DNA of 64,000 nucleotides from a virus, in the IMG/VR virus record IMGVR_UViG_3300035190_000190, positions 1-64,000 of that record. One strand, written 5' to 3'. Positions 36,357 through 46,210 of the stretch are shown here, piece after piece (position 1 is the stretch's first letter; each line of letters begins with the position of its first letter). The position numbers and the translations under genes are program-made. The notes below the pieces were generated by a model. The model saw only the letters and a program-made list of their open reading frames with translations. It was not told where the DNA came from and ran no database searches.

Positions 36357-37454
36357 ATGGCAACAATAACTGAAAATAGAACTGTTACAGCAACAGAAGC
36401 AAAGGCAGCAATTTTACGTTGCTTTACAAAACAACGCCCACTATTTTTATGGGGCCCTCCTGGTATTGGTAAAAGTGAATTAGTAGAAGGCATTACTAAA
36501 GACATGGGCGGGTTGATGATTGACTTGCGCTTGGCACAAATGGACCCGACGGATATACGTGGTATTCCTTACTTTAACAAAGACTTAGGCGTGATGGATT
36601 GGGCTCCGCCAATTGATTTGCCCACAGAAGAAATGGCTGCACAATATCCGATTGTGGTGTTGTTTTTAGATGAGATGAACAGTGCAGCGCCAAGTGTGCA
36701 GGCAGTTGCTTATCAACTTGTATTGAACAGACGTGTGGGCAAATATAAACTGCCTGATAACGTTGTGTTGGTAGCGGCAGGTAACAGGGACGGTGACAAA
36801 GGTGTTAGCTACAGAATGCCAAGTCCACTTGCTAACAGGTTTGTGCATTTGGAAATGCGTGTGGACTTTGAGAGCTGGTTAGGTTGGGCTACTGAAAATC
36901 GTATTAACAAAGATGTAATTGGTTACATTAGTTTTGCTAAACAAGACTTGTATGACTTTGATCCAAAAAGCTCAAGCCGTAGTTTTGCAACACCTCGTAG
37001 CTGGACTTTTGTTAGCGAGTTGTTAGATGACGGTATGGCAGATAGCACCACTACAGATATTGTAGCAGGTACTATTGGTGAAGGTACTGCGGTTAAGTTT
37101 ATGGCGCATAGAAAAATTTCTGCCAAAATGCCTAATCCAAGTGACATTTTAAATGGTAAGGTTACAGAACTTGCTGTTAAAGAAATTAGTGCTATGTACA
37201 GTTTGACAATGAGTATGTGTTACGAATTGAAAGATGCGTACACTAAAATTGGTAAAGAAGACAATGCTAAATGGCACACTATGGCAGATTACTTCTTTAA
37301 GTTTATGATGGAAAACTTTACTACAGAAGTTACTGTTATGGGCGCACGTGTAGCGTTAACAACTTTTAATTTGCCTTTTGTGCCTAACAAGTTGAAAAAC
37401 TTTGATGAGTTCCACAAACGCTTTGGCAAATATGTTGTGGCTGCGGTCGCATAA
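36357..37454 (+). CDS. MoxR-like AAA+ ATPase
   Basis: Walker A GPPGIGKS, Walker B LFLDE, 'AAGN', 'PLANRF', 'TPRSW'. Confidence 0.9.
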   Translation: MATITENRTVTATEAKAAILRCFTKQRPLFLWGPPGIGKSELVEGITKDMGGLMIDLRLAQMDPTDIRGIPYFNKDLGVMDWAPPIDLPTEEMAAQYPIVVLFLDEMNSAAPSVQAVAYQLVLNRRVGKYKLPDNVVLVAAGNRDGDKGVSYRMPSPLANRFVHLEMRVDFESWLGWATENRINKDVIGYISFAKQDLYDFDPKSSSRSFATPRSWTFVSELLDDGMADSTTTDIVAGTIGEGTAVKFMAHRKISAKMPNPSDILNGKVTELAVKEISAMYSLTMSMCYELKDAYTKIGKEDNAKWHTMADYFFKFMMENFTTEVTVMGARVALTTFNLPFVPNKLKNFDEFHKRFGKYVVAAVA

Positions 37455-37459
37455 TAAGG

Positions 37460-37482
37460 AAAAGCCCCGCAAGGGGCTTTTT
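37460..37482 (+). terminator. intrinsic terminator
   Basis: AAAAGCCCC-GCAA-GGGGCTTTTT, GNRA loop, right after the stop codon. Confidence 0.88.
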
Positions 37483-37488
37483 ACATGT

Positions 37489-37800
37489 ATGAGTAATTAT
37501 AAAATAACTAAGATGGATGGTAGACATACAGGTCACGAACTGTTTAATCATTATATAAATTATAATGTTTATACTCGTAGAAACTTTAATCCTGTCTCTG
37601 AGAATGAAGTAAACTTTCTCAAAGCCCGTGTTTGGTTTTGGGAAAAGTTTGGTCCAAGTAGCGAACTTGGTAAATGTCATCGACTAAACAGTATCGATCA
37701 CCAAACCCCATTATGGGCTTGGCAAACTGAACATAACCTACTAAGAATATATGTATCAGAAAAGGCCCTAGACTTCTTTCTGTTAACACATTCAACTTGA
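37489..37800 (+). CDS. hypothetical phage protein
   Basis: ATG 37489 downstream of the terminator; 'R.WFWE.FGPS.E...WAWQT....LRIYV'. Confidence 0.65.
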   Translation: MSNYKITKMDGRHTGHELFNHYINYNVYTRRNFNPVSENEVNFLKARVWFWEKFGPSSELGKCHRLNSIDHQTPLWAWQTEHNLLRIYVSEKALDFFLLTHST

Positions 37801-37825
37801 CAAACTTCACATTTGAATGTATAAT
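37797..37825 (+). promoter_or_regulatory. consensus sigma70 promoter
   Basis: TTGACA-N17-TATAAT. Confidence 0.8.
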
Positions 37826-37856
37826 AGCTGTTATAGTAAACAATTAGGAGTAACAT

Positions 37857-39128
37857 ATGGCAACAGCAACGGCAACAACTAGTGCAGAAAAGAAAAAAGT
37901 AGTTACTGTAACAGATGCACGTATTGATGCGGCTGTACGTGAAAAACTTATTACTGCACGGATTGCGTTATTACTTAAGGCGCCGTTTTTTGGTAACTTA
38001 GCGACACGTTTAAAATTAGTAAACGCAGATGAGTGGTTAAGCACAGCGGCTACAGACGGACGTAATTTTTACTACAATAGTGAATTTGTAAACAAACTGC
38101 CTCAGAAACAAGTAGAGTTTTTAGTAGGGCATGAAGTGTTGCATGTAGTTTACGATCACATGGGACGTAGACAGGATAGAGATGGACAGTTGTACAACGT
38201 TGCGGCAGACTATTGTGTTAATGCTGATTTAATTGACAGTAAGATTGGTGAGAAAATTACAAGTGTGCCTATTTTGTATGATAGAAAATATGCAGGTTTG
38301 AGCTCAGAAGAAGTGTATGACTTGCTGTATGAAAACGCTGAAAAAATTAACGTCAATGATTTGCTTAAACAATTGTTAGACGAGCATTTAGATGATGGCG
38401 ATGACGACAGCGAAGAAGGTGAAGGCGAAGGAGAAGGTGGACGTCCGGGTAAGATGACTGCTGAAGAAAAGAAAGCATTGCGTGACGAAATACGTGAAGC
38501 TGTACTACAAGCGGCAGAAGCGGCAGGTGCAGGCAACTTGCCAAAAGGTGTTAAACGTTTAATTAACAAGCTGACAAATCCACAACTAAACTGGCGTGAA
38601 CTTATTAGACAACAGGTACAAAGTTTAGTTAAAGCTGACTTTACTTGGGCACGTATGAATAGAAAAGGGCAACATTTAGATGCAATTTTGCCAGGTAGCA
38701 ACTTTGCAGAAACAATTGATGTTAGTGTTAGTATTGATGCGTCAGGCAGTATGAGTGAAAGTATGTTACGTGATATCTTAAGTGAAGTTAAAGGTATTAT
38801 GGAGTCGTTTGACGACTTTAAACTTGATGTATGGTCTTTTGATACAGATGTTTATGGTTACGAAAAATTCACACCAGATAACATTGACGATATTGACACT
38901 TACGAATTACAAGGCGGCGGCGGTACAGACTTTGAATGTAACTGGAACTTTATGCGTGAAAATGAAATTGCACCAAAATTGTTTATTATGTTTACAGATG
39001 GTTACCCAGGTGGTGGGTGGGGCGACGAGAGTTACGCAGACACATTGTTTGTAATACACGGTACTACTAGTATCGAAGCACCATTTGGTATTACAGCTTA
39101 TTATGATTTATCGAAAGGAACAAATTAA
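37857..39128 (+). CDS. DUF2201-like metallopeptidase plus VWA domain protein (MoxR partner)
   Basis: 'TAATDG', HEVLH, MIDAS 'DASGSM', 'GGGTDF', 'FTDG'. Confidence 0.88.
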   Translation: MATATATTSAEKKKVVTVTDARIDAAVREKLITARIALLLKAPFFGNLATRLKLVNADEWLSTAATDGRNFYYNSEFVNKLPQKQVEFLVGHEVLHVVYDHMGRRQDRDGQLYNVAADYCVNADLIDSKIGEKITSVPILYDRKYAGLSSEEVYDLLYENAEKINVNDLLKQLLDEHLDDGDDDSEEGEGEGEGGRPGKMTAEEKKALRDEIREAVLQAAEAAGAGNLPKGVKRLINKLTNPQLNWRELIRQQVQSLVKADFTWARMNRKGQHLDAILPGSNFAETIDVSVSIDASGSMSESMLRDILSEVKGIMESFDDFKLDVWSFDTDVYGYEKFTPDNIDDIDTYELQGGGGTDFECNWNFMRENEIAPKLFIMFTDGYPGGGWGDESYADTLFVIHGTTSIEAPFGITAYYDLSKGTN

Positions 39129-39466
39129 TGGCAACATATGAAAGTTTTAGTTATAGTCCAACAGATCTAGCTGTACAACTGTCTGGCGCGACGCAGGATA
39201 CACTTGTTTATCTGTTGAATAAAAAGTATATCACTAATGAACAGTACAATGAATTATCAGGTAAACTGGTGGTTATGGCTGTGCCTAATCGTAAAGGGTT
39301 TGGTAAGAAACTGTTGGATTATTGGTTTGGTGAGGGTAATAAGGAAGAGTCTGCTTGGGTATTTCCTATTGTAGAAGTGTCTAACCACTATGTTTCTGCT
39401 ACACCAGAAAAGCCAAAGAACGTGACTAAACTTAAAACCAAACCTAAGTTAGAGGTAGTTGAGTAA
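39128..39466 (+). CDS. hypothetical protein
   Basis: Coupled ORF (TAATG). Confidence 0.7.
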   Translation: MATYESFSYSPTDLAVQLSGATQDTLVYLLNKKYITNEQYNELSGKLVVMAVPNRKGFGKKLLDYWFGEGNKEESAWVFPIVEVSNHYVSATPEKPKNVTKLKTKPKLEVVE

Positions 39467-39930
39467 TGAGTACAGGTAGGCTAAAAGACCAAAAAGACTT
39501 TGATCTTGAACAGATCGTTCGGGTCATTGATTCTGCATTAGAGTCAGACGATCAACGCATTAAGGACGCCTTACGTGCGCTTATGACTATAACTGTGTTG
39601 TGTACAGCAGAACATCCTGATCAAGTCTTACACAACGGTCCGCTAGCACGTGTGTTTGAAGACATGCGCAATATTAATCAACGATTAGGTCGTTTAGAAG
39701 ATGATCTAAACAAGATTAAATGGGATCAACAAAGGCGCCAAGTTGAGCCATTTACTTCGCCATACCAGCCGCCCACTGGTCCATTAGATCCCTGGGTTAG
39801 TCCAAACGATCCGACTAAACCAAAGCCCATGTGGGGACCAAGATGGAGTGCTGGTGATGATCCTAACTATAAAGGCGCAAGTTCTGGTATGCTTGCTGAA
39901 GACTTTATAAAAAAATTGGAGAAACGATAA
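39466..39930 (+). CDS. hypothetical protein
   Basis: Coupled ORF (TAATG); coiled coil and Pro-rich tail. Confidence 0.7.
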   Translation: MSTGRLKDQKDFDLEQIVRVIDSALESDDQRIKDALRALMTITVLCTAEHPDQVLHNGPLARVFEDMRNINQRLGRLEDDLNKIKWDQQRRQVEPFTSPYQPPTGPLDPWVSPNDPTKPKPMWGPRWSAGDDPNYKGASSGMLAEDFIKKLEKR

Positions 39931-40376
39931 TGGCCTTAGGTTGGGAAGATGTACAGCGTGTAAAGCGTGTAGAAGCTCGAGCAGAAGAGCTTGGGTTTAA
40001 GTTTTCTTCTTCAGCTAATTATAACTATGGTGGTAACAACATTATAAGTTATATTTGTTTAAAACCTAAAGAAGATTGTTTACCACACTACAGTCGTGAT
40101 GCCGATGTCTTTATAGGTACACTTGAAGAGATTAATACCTGGTTAACTGGGGTTGAATGGGCTCGTGGCTACGAAGAAATGCTTAAACTTGGCAATGATA
40201 AGAAACGTAAGGAAAAAGAACAAATTGAGCGTAATCGACAGTTGTTGCGTACTATTAAGTCTGGACGAAAAGTTGAAGGAATACTTGGCGCAACAGACAT
40301 CAATGAATGGCGAACACAATTAGATGAAGAGTACGATATCGACGACGAAGTTGATTACCGTGAAATACCATTTTAG
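39930..40376 (+). CDS. hypothetical protein
   Basis: Coupled ORF (TAATG); 'LPHYSRDA...GTLE...WL.GVEWAR.Y'. Confidence 0.7.
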   Translation: MALGWEDVQRVKRVEARAEELGFKFSSSANYNYGGNNIISYICLKPKEDCLPHYSRDADVFIGTLEEINTWLTGVEWARGYEEMLKLGNDKKRKEKEQIERNRQLLRTIKSGRKVEGILGATDINEWRTQLDEEYDIDDEVDYREIPF

Positions 40377-40386
40377 GAAAAATACA

Positions 40387-40860
40387 ATGACCAAAGTAAT
40401 GACTATGACAAAAATAATTGAATCTTTACCCTATGAATTAAGTGAGTGTACACCTGAACAAGCACCGTGGACTACGTTGGTAGAAGAAGACTTTCACATT
40501 GCTATTTTTAAAGATGGCTTTCCTGTTAGCCACGGACATTTGCTGTTTGTGCCCAAATATAATACTGTAGACGTATTAGCAGATGCCGTGGCTGATGCTA
40601 TCGCACACGGACAACGTATGGTTGCCGAGGGTAACTGTGATGGGTATAACATTGGTATTAATGTTGGAGAGGCTGCTGGACAAACAGTTGCTTGGCCACA
40701 TGTACATATGATTCCGCGACGCACAGGTGATGTCACTGATCCACGTGGTGGTGTGCGTAATGTTATTCCTCATTTAGGTAATTATAAGAGCAAAGGAATT
40801 GGGGATGCCTACGACGAAGTAAATAAATGGTACGGCGACTTTGGTGATGCTAGAGACTAG
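40387..40860 (+). CDS. HIT family hydrolase
   Basis: 'PVSHGHLLFVPK' and 'GQTVAWPHVHMIPR'. Confidence 0.9.
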   Translation: MTKVMTMTKIIESLPYELSECTPEQAPWTTLVEEDFHIAIFKDGFPVSHGHLLFVPKYNTVDVLADAVADAIAHGQRMVAEGNCDGYNIGINVGEAAGQTVAWPHVHMIPRRTGDVTDPRGGVRNVIPHLGNYKSKGIGDAYDEVNKWYGDFGDARD

Positions 40861-40864
40861 ATAA

Positions 40865-41155
40865 ATGCTCAAACATAACGAACCAAATCCACTCAACATA
40901 CACGGACTAAGACAACTAGGTCATTGTCCGCCACACTTCACACCTGTGTTATTTGATCTTGCTGTACAAGACAAGGATTTAGTCGACTGGCTGTATGAAA
41001 ATTTAGAAGGACGCTTCTACTCCGGACAAATTGACGTTAAACAACCCTCTGGCGTTATTGCACGTCAACAATGCATTGCCTTTGAATTAGCTGCAGAAGC
41101 CAGTTACTTTGCCTTATTCCTACCTCAACTTAATCAATCCAGTATTATGTGGTAA
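40865..41155 (+). CDS. hypothetical phage protein
   Basis: 'CPPHF...WLYENLEGRFY...AFE...EASYF'. Confidence 0.7.
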   Translation: MLKHNEPNPLNIHGLRQLGHCPPHFTPVLFDLAVQDKDLVDWLYENLEGRFYSGQIDVKQPSGVIARQQCIAFELAAEASYFALFLPQLNQSSIMW

Positions 41156-41216
41156 TAAAATATTTCCACCTGTTTAGACCATGGTAAATAAAGTTATCCC
41201 AAGGAGAACTTTTTTA

Positions 41217-41474
41217 ATGGCCAAAGCAGAAACAACCGCAACAGAAGATTCAACGCCTGTTGCATCCACAGAAGCACAACAACCGGCAGTACCAAGTTTA
41301 ACACTACAAGACTTAATTCTTGTAGCACAAATCATCCAACTTACTAGTCAACGTGGTGCGTATCGTGCCGAAGAGTTAGCCAACGTTGGTGCGTTATACA
41401 ATAAATTAATTGCATTTTTAGACAGCGTTGGTGCAATTACTAAGCCAGACGAAACCGCTGCACAGGAGCAATAA
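41217..41474 (+). CDS. conserved hypothetical phage protein
   Basis: AAGGAG SD; 'LTLQDL...RGAYRAEEL..VG.LYNKL..FL'; TAAATA at 41185. Confidence 0.75.
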   Translation: MAKAETTATEDSTPVASTEAQQPAVPSLTLQDLILVAQIIQLTSQRGAYRAEELANVGALYNKLIAFLDSVGAITKPDETAAQEQ

Positions 41475-41475
41475 G

Positions 41476-42180
41476 ATGATTAAGCACGTAGGTAGACATA
41501 ATAACAAGCGAGTTGTTATTGCATATAGACAAGTTCCAGATGAAGATCATATGTGTTTGGTAATTTACAGTGAAACATTACCCATGCGCATTCATGATGA
41601 AGTAATGAAAGTATTAGAAAGCGACATTGGTCAACAGGCCAATGATTTTGCAGACGCACTATTCCGTCATACTATGGCAGATGGTGTTAATTGTTTAAAT
41701 GCAATTCATCGTGGTGGACTATTATCTAAAGTACCAACTAACCAAGTTATTGTAACACCAACTTCAGCTAGTTCAGTACGCTTAGATGAATTAAACACCT
41801 TACTAAATGAAATTGCCAAAGGTGAAGCCGCAACTGAGAAATTAGCCAAGGCAGATGCAGGACAAAGATGGGAAGGTAGAGAGTTAGGTGAACCAGCAAG
41901 AACTACAGCAGAAAGTGTAAATACTACATCAGCTAGTGTTAATACGGATGGCGTGTTGTCTGATGCTGATATTGCAAATCAACGTTTAGCACAAGCTACT
42001 AAAATGGAAGCCGAAGCTAAAACTTTATTAGCAGAAGCAAAACGTTTAAAAGAAGAAGCAAACGCACTGGCACCTAAGGTAACTAAGGCAAAAGTAGCAA
42101 AAGCAACTACAAGTACAACAACACCTACGAAGAAAACAAATGCCAGAAAACCTACCACAACCAAAAAAGCCGCGGCGTAA
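41476..42180 (+). CDS. conserved hypothetical phage protein with a basic tail
   Basis: AGGAG SD; 'MIKHVG...KVPT..V..TP....VRLDELN'; Lys/Thr-rich C-terminus. Confidence 0.75.
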   Translation: MIKHVGRHNNKRVVIAYRQVPDEDHMCLVIYSETLPMRIHDEVMKVLESDIGQQANDFADALFRHTMADGVNCLNAIHRGGLLSKVPTNQVIVTPTSASSVRLDELNTLLNEIAKGEAATEKLAKADAGQRWEGRELGEPARTTAESVNTTSASVNTDGVLSDADIANQRLAQATKMEAEAKTLLAEAKRLKEEANALAPKVTKAKVAKATTSTTTPTKKTNARKPTTTKKAAA

Positions 42181-42496
42181 AGCTACGCCAGGCAAGAAAG
42201 TCAACATGAGTGTTAAGAAACGTTGGCAAGACATTGTTAGAGACGTTGATAAAAAAGAAATACCAGTCACGGTGCTACAACGTATTATTGTTAAGCTCAT
42301 TGATGGTACTGATCTTAGTATTGATGTTAAACAATTACTTGATGACGGGCAACATCCTGACGAGATCGAAGAATTACTCAATGCCAAGTTTCAAGACTTG
42401 GATGAGTATATTGAAAACGTTGACTTCTTTATTGATATTGATAAAGTAGTTGGTGCTGTTCAACCCGAGACCGACAAGGTACTTAAGAATCTATGA
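42140..42496 (+). CDS. hypothetical phage protein
   Basis: 'W..IV.DVDK..IP' motif; coupled to DHFR. Confidence 0.7.
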   Translation: MPENLPQPKKPRRKATPGKKVNMSVKKRWQDIVRDVDKKEIPVTVLQRIIVKLIDGTDLSIDVKQLLDDGQHPDEIEELLNAKFQDLDEYIENVDFFIDIDKVVGAVQPETDKVLKNL

Positions 42497-42996
42497 TTAT
42501 ATCAATTTTAGCTAGTACTAATACCGGCGGTATTGGTAATAGAGGTACCTTGCCTTGGCCACATAATAAAGAAGATATGAAGTGGTTTGCTAATCATACT
42601 ACGGGTAATATTGTAGTCATGGGCCGCAACACATGGGATGATCCTAAGATGCCTAAACCACTACCTAATCGTGAAAATTATGTTGTCAGTAGTCGACATG
42701 TAGCACAACAATATCAACATCTGGTAAAGTGGATTCCCAGCAATCCCGTAGAGAATATTGTACAGTTACAAAAGGACAACCCTAACAAAGATGTTTATGT
42801 TATCGGTGGTCGTCAGTTATACGAAGCAACAGAAAGCATTGTTGATAGAGTATATCTTACACGTATCAAAGGTGCTTGGTTTACTGATACACGTATTCAA
42901 CTTGAAAGTATGCTTGCATGTTTCCAAATTAAATCAGTTAAGCCCGGTGAGAATTGTACCTACGAAACGTGGGACCGCATAATGTTTTTTAAATAG
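42493..42996 (+). CDS. folA: dihydrofolate reductase
   Basis: 'IG..G.LPW....DM.WF...T', 'VMGRNTW', 'PLPNR', 'IGG..LY'. Confidence 0.93.
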   Translation: MIISILASTNTGGIGNRGTLPWPHNKEDMKWFANHTTGNIVVMGRNTWDDPKMPKPLPNRENYVVSSRHVAQQYQHLVKWIPSNPVENIVQLQKDNPNKDVYVIGGRQLYEATESIVDRVYLTRIKGAWFTDTRIQLESMLACFQIKSVKPGENCTYETWDRIMFFK

Positions 42997-43025
42997 TTGA
43001 CTTATAGAACTATCTCTGTTATACT
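42997..43025 (+). promoter_or_regulatory. sigma70 promoter, likely giving a leaderless thyA mRNA
   Basis: TTGACT-N17-TATACT with TG extension; ATG 7 nt downstream; no SD. Confidence 0.7.
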
Positions 43026-43031
43026 AATAAT

Positions 43032-43865
43032 ATGAAAACATATCTTGATTCTTTAAAATTTGTCCTAGACAATGGTACAATAAGACCAGACCGTACATCA
43101 ACAGGTACAATTGGTGTGTTTGGTATGCAACAACGCTACGATTTAAGTAAGGGCTTTCCGGCCGTTACTACCAAGCGTCTTGCGTTCAAAGCCTGTCTCA
43201 GTGAGTTGTTGTGGTTTATCGAAGGTTCAGGTGATGAAAAGCGCCTACGAGAGATATTACATGGTAGTAGGGACTCTGAAAAGAGTACCATCTGGACTGC
43301 CAATGCCACAGCAACTTACTGGACTCCCAAAGCAAAGTTTGATGGTGACCTGGGTCGTGTCTACGGAGTACAATGGCGTGACTTTGGGGGTGTTGATCAA
43401 CTACTTAAATTAGTAGAAGGTATTAAACAAGATCCATACGGACGTAGACATATCCTAACTGCGTGGAACCCAGGCGAGTTAGATCAAATGGCTTTACCTC
43501 CATGTCATTGTTTTGCACAGTTTTATGTATCAGCAGATAATAAGTTGTCGTGTCAAATGTATCAGCGATCATGCGATATGTTCTTAGGAGTTCCTTTTAA
43601 CATAGCATCCTACAGCCTGCTAACGCATATGGTAGCCCAAGTGTGTGGCCTTGGGGTAGGCGAATTCGTTCACGTACTTGGTGATGCACACATATATTTG
43701 AATCATGTAGATCAGGTAAACGAACAATTGCAACGTGAACCATTACCTGCACCACAACTTTGGATCAACCCAGACATTACTAATATTACTCAATTTACCA
43801 TGGAAGACTTTAAACTAAATGGCTATGAATCACTCGCAAGCATTAAAGCACCAATGGCAGTCTAA
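43032..43865 (+). CDS. thyA: thymidylate synthase
   Basis: 'DRTSTGT', 'YGVQWR', 'MALPPCH', 'YQRSCD..LGVPFNIASY', 'DAHIY.NH'. Confidence 0.98.
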   Translation: MKTYLDSLKFVLDNGTIRPDRTSTGTIGVFGMQQRYDLSKGFPAVTTKRLAFKACLSELLWFIEGSGDEKRLREILHGSRDSEKSTIWTANATATYWTPKAKFDGDLGRVYGVQWRDFGGVDQLLKLVEGIKQDPYGRRHILTAWNPGELDQMALPPCHCFAQFYVSADNKLSCQMYQRSCDMFLGVPFNIASYSLLTHMVAQVCGLGVGEFVHVLGDAHIYLNHVDQVNEQLQREPLPAPQLWINPDITNITQFTMEDFKLNGYESLASIKAPMAV

Positions 43866-44139
43866 GAAACCCGAAACCCATCGTGTAAGATTCTTTACCA
43901 GCACATTCACTGATGATGTTGACACACAAATGTCTGACAGATTTTGGCGGATTGCTGAAGAATTTAAATTAACTCCACAGGCCCAATGGGTTAAAGATAA
44001 TGATATTACTCTAGCGTGGGCGGAAGACGACATATACTATTCATTTGGTAAGATGTGTATTATATACGGTGACTTAACTGAAAGACAATATGTAGATTAT
44101 AGTTTACGATTCTTTCAACACCAATCGGATTGGAAATGA
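43819..44139 (+). CDS. hypothetical protein (start uncertain)
   Basis: Fills the gap between thyA and the epimerase; ATGA coupling at its 3' end. Confidence 0.55.
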   Translation: MAMNHSQALKHQWQSKKPETHRVRFFTSTFTDDVDTQMSDRFWRIAEEFKLTPQAQWVKDNDITLAWAEDDIYYSFGKMCIIYGDLTERQYVDYSLRFFQHQSDWK

Positions 44140-45122
44140 AAATCCTAATCACAGGCGGTGCAGGGTTTATTGGACACAATGTAACTCGTATATTAGAATC
44201 ACAAGGTCACGAATGTTATGTCATTGACACCGCAACAGACTATGGCTTTATACCAAAAAAGGAATTAACTTATCTCAAATCTTCGCGTAAAGAACGTTTT
44301 AAATCACGTGTTATACATACTGATATATGCAGCGTTAATCATATCGACAGTATTTTTAGCGCAGTACGTCCAGAGCTAGTAATACATCTCGCTAGCTTTC
44401 CTAGACAAAAAATAGTCAGTCAGGATCCAATACTTGGGTCAGAAGTAATGACCACTGGATTGATTAATCTTCTGGAAGCCAGCACACGTTATAACATCAA
44501 TAAGTTTGTCTACATTAGTTCAAGTATGGTCTACGGTGACTTCAATAATGAATCGTTTGATGGTATCGGTGAATATGTTGACTGTAATCCAATCGGGCAG
44601 TATGGCATTATGAAATACATGGGCGAGAAACTTGTAGCTGATTATACTCGACGCGGTTGCTTTGCGCATACTATTATTCGTCCTAGTGCTGTATACGGAC
44701 CTTGGGATGTCGAGGATAGAGTTGTTAGTAAGTTTATGCTGGCGGCCCTACGTGGAGAAGTATTAAAAGTTAAGGGTGCTAACGAAGTCTTAGACTTTAC
44801 CTATGTTGAAGATACTGCCATGGGTATTGCACAGGCCGCACTCAGTGATAATGCCAACAATAAAATTTACAATATAACACGTTCGTCGGATGTAGAATAT
44901 ACACTGCTGGATGCTGCTCGTCTTGCTGTTGATATTGCAGGTCGAGGTAGTATAGAAATTGCAGATCGAGACTTGGCATTTCCCACACGTGGTAGATTAA
45001 ACATTGCTAGTGCAAGAGCGGACTTTGGATATAATCCCACAGTTGATGTAGAGAATGGATTTGCTCTTTACAGTAGATGGTTTACTACATCACCTTATTG
45101 GACCAAACAACTCGCAAAATGA
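44136..45122 (+). CDS. NAD-dependent nucleotide-sugar epimerase/dehydratase
   Basis: GGAGFIG, 'SSSMVYG', YGIMK, 'DFTYVED'. Confidence 0.93.
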   Translation: MKILITGGAGFIGHNVTRILESQGHECYVIDTATDYGFIPKKELTYLKSSRKERFKSRVIHTDICSVNHIDSIFSAVRPELVIHLASFPRQKIVSQDPILGSEVMTTGLINLLEASTRYNINKFVYISSSMVYGDFNNESFDGIGEYVDCNPIGQYGIMKYMGEKLVADYTRRGCFAHTIIRPSAVYGPWDVEDRVVSKFMLAALRGEVLKVKGANEVLDFTYVEDTAMGIAQAALSDNANNKIYNITRSSDVEYTLLDAARLAVDIAGRGSIEIADRDLAFPTRGRLNIASARADFGYNPTVDVENGFALYSRWFTTSPYWTKQLAK

Positions 45123-46210
45123 TTCCATTCTTTGGTGTAGACCGTCAATACAAAACAATCCGTGAAGAAATACTCGATGTAACAGATCTTGTCTATTCGA
45201 GCGGACAGGTATTAGATGGTGAATATACTAGAACCTTTGAACAAACTCTTGCTAAAATGACAGAACGTAAGTATGCTGTTGCTGTTAATAGTTGTACACA
45301 GGCTTTGGTCTTTGCACTGCGAGCAATTGACTTTTATTCCTTATTCCATAAAAACAAAGTATTAATTCCCAGTCAAAGTTTTGCCGCCACAGTTAATGTT
45401 GTGTTCGAAGCTGGCTATGAACCTGTATTCTGCGATGTTGATCCTATCTCGGGATTAATCGATCTCGACAGTATACCAGTTAAGCCAGATGAAGTTGCGG
45501 CTGTTATGTATGTAAACTTGTTTGGTAATATTATTGACTATGATAAGTTACAAACGTATGTTACATTCTTTAATAGTCATCGCATACCTGTAATCGAAGA
45601 TGCCGCACAATCGTTTGGTGCTTACTATCGCGGAGTACCTAGTGGCAAGTTAGGTGATATTAGTTGTTTAAGTTTTGATCCTACTAAGAATTTTCCCAAC
45701 TACGGATCTGGCGGAATGATACTCACAGACGACTACGAGCTAGCCGAGCTGTGCATTAATATGCGTGACAACGGCAAGGTGTCGGAGCATTACACAGTTG
45801 GCACCAACAGTAAGATGAGTGAAGTTGATTGTGCGCAGATGTTAGTTAAACTAAGACACTTCGATGATTGGCAACAACGTCGTAGGAATATTGCAGAATA
45901 TTATACGGAAGAACTAGATGGCCCTGTGCAGATGATTCCCGTGTATCATAATGTCGAACATGCATGGCATAAGTTTGTTATACACTATCCAGAACGTTCG
46001 CGTTTATTTTCAGATTTACACTATATGGGTATAGAAACTAAGATACATTATACAGCACCATTGCACATGATGGGTGTTGTCGGTGGACACGAAGTTCTAG
46101 TAGGTGCTGAACAGTTCAGTAAAACGTGTTTAAGTTTGCCTATCTATCCAGAGATGACTGATGCAGAAGTCGAAGCAGTTGTTGATGCTATTAAAGAGTG
46201 TACTTGGTAG
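45119..46210 (+). CDS. DegT/DnrJ/EryC1/StrS sugar aminotransferase
   Basis: 'NSCTQAL', 'EDAAQSFG', 'SFDPTKN...GSGG', 'LSLPIYP'. Confidence 0.93.
   Translation: MIPFFGVDRQYKTIREEILDVTDLVYSSGQVLDGEYTRTFEQTLAKMTERKYAVAVNSCTQALVFALRAIDFYSLFHKNKVLIPSQSFAATVNVVFEAGYEPVFCDVDPISGLIDLDSIPVKPDEVAAVMYVNLFGNIIDYDKLQTYVTFFNSHRIPVIEDAAQSFGAYYRGVPSGKLGDISCLSFDPTKNFPNYGSGGMILTDDYELAELCINMRDNGKVSEHYTVGTNSKMSEVDCAQMLVKLRHFDDWQQRRRNIAEYYTEELDGPVQMIPVYHNVEHAWHKFVIHYPERSRLFSDLHYMGIETKIHYTAPLHMMGVVGGHEVLVGAEQFSKTCLSLPIYPEMTDAEVEAVVDAIKECTW

Noticed and set aside
38210-38701. 163-aa minus-strand Ser/Pro-rich ORF
   Set aside because: Antisense of the acidic linker in the VWA gene; the low complexity is a mirror artefact.
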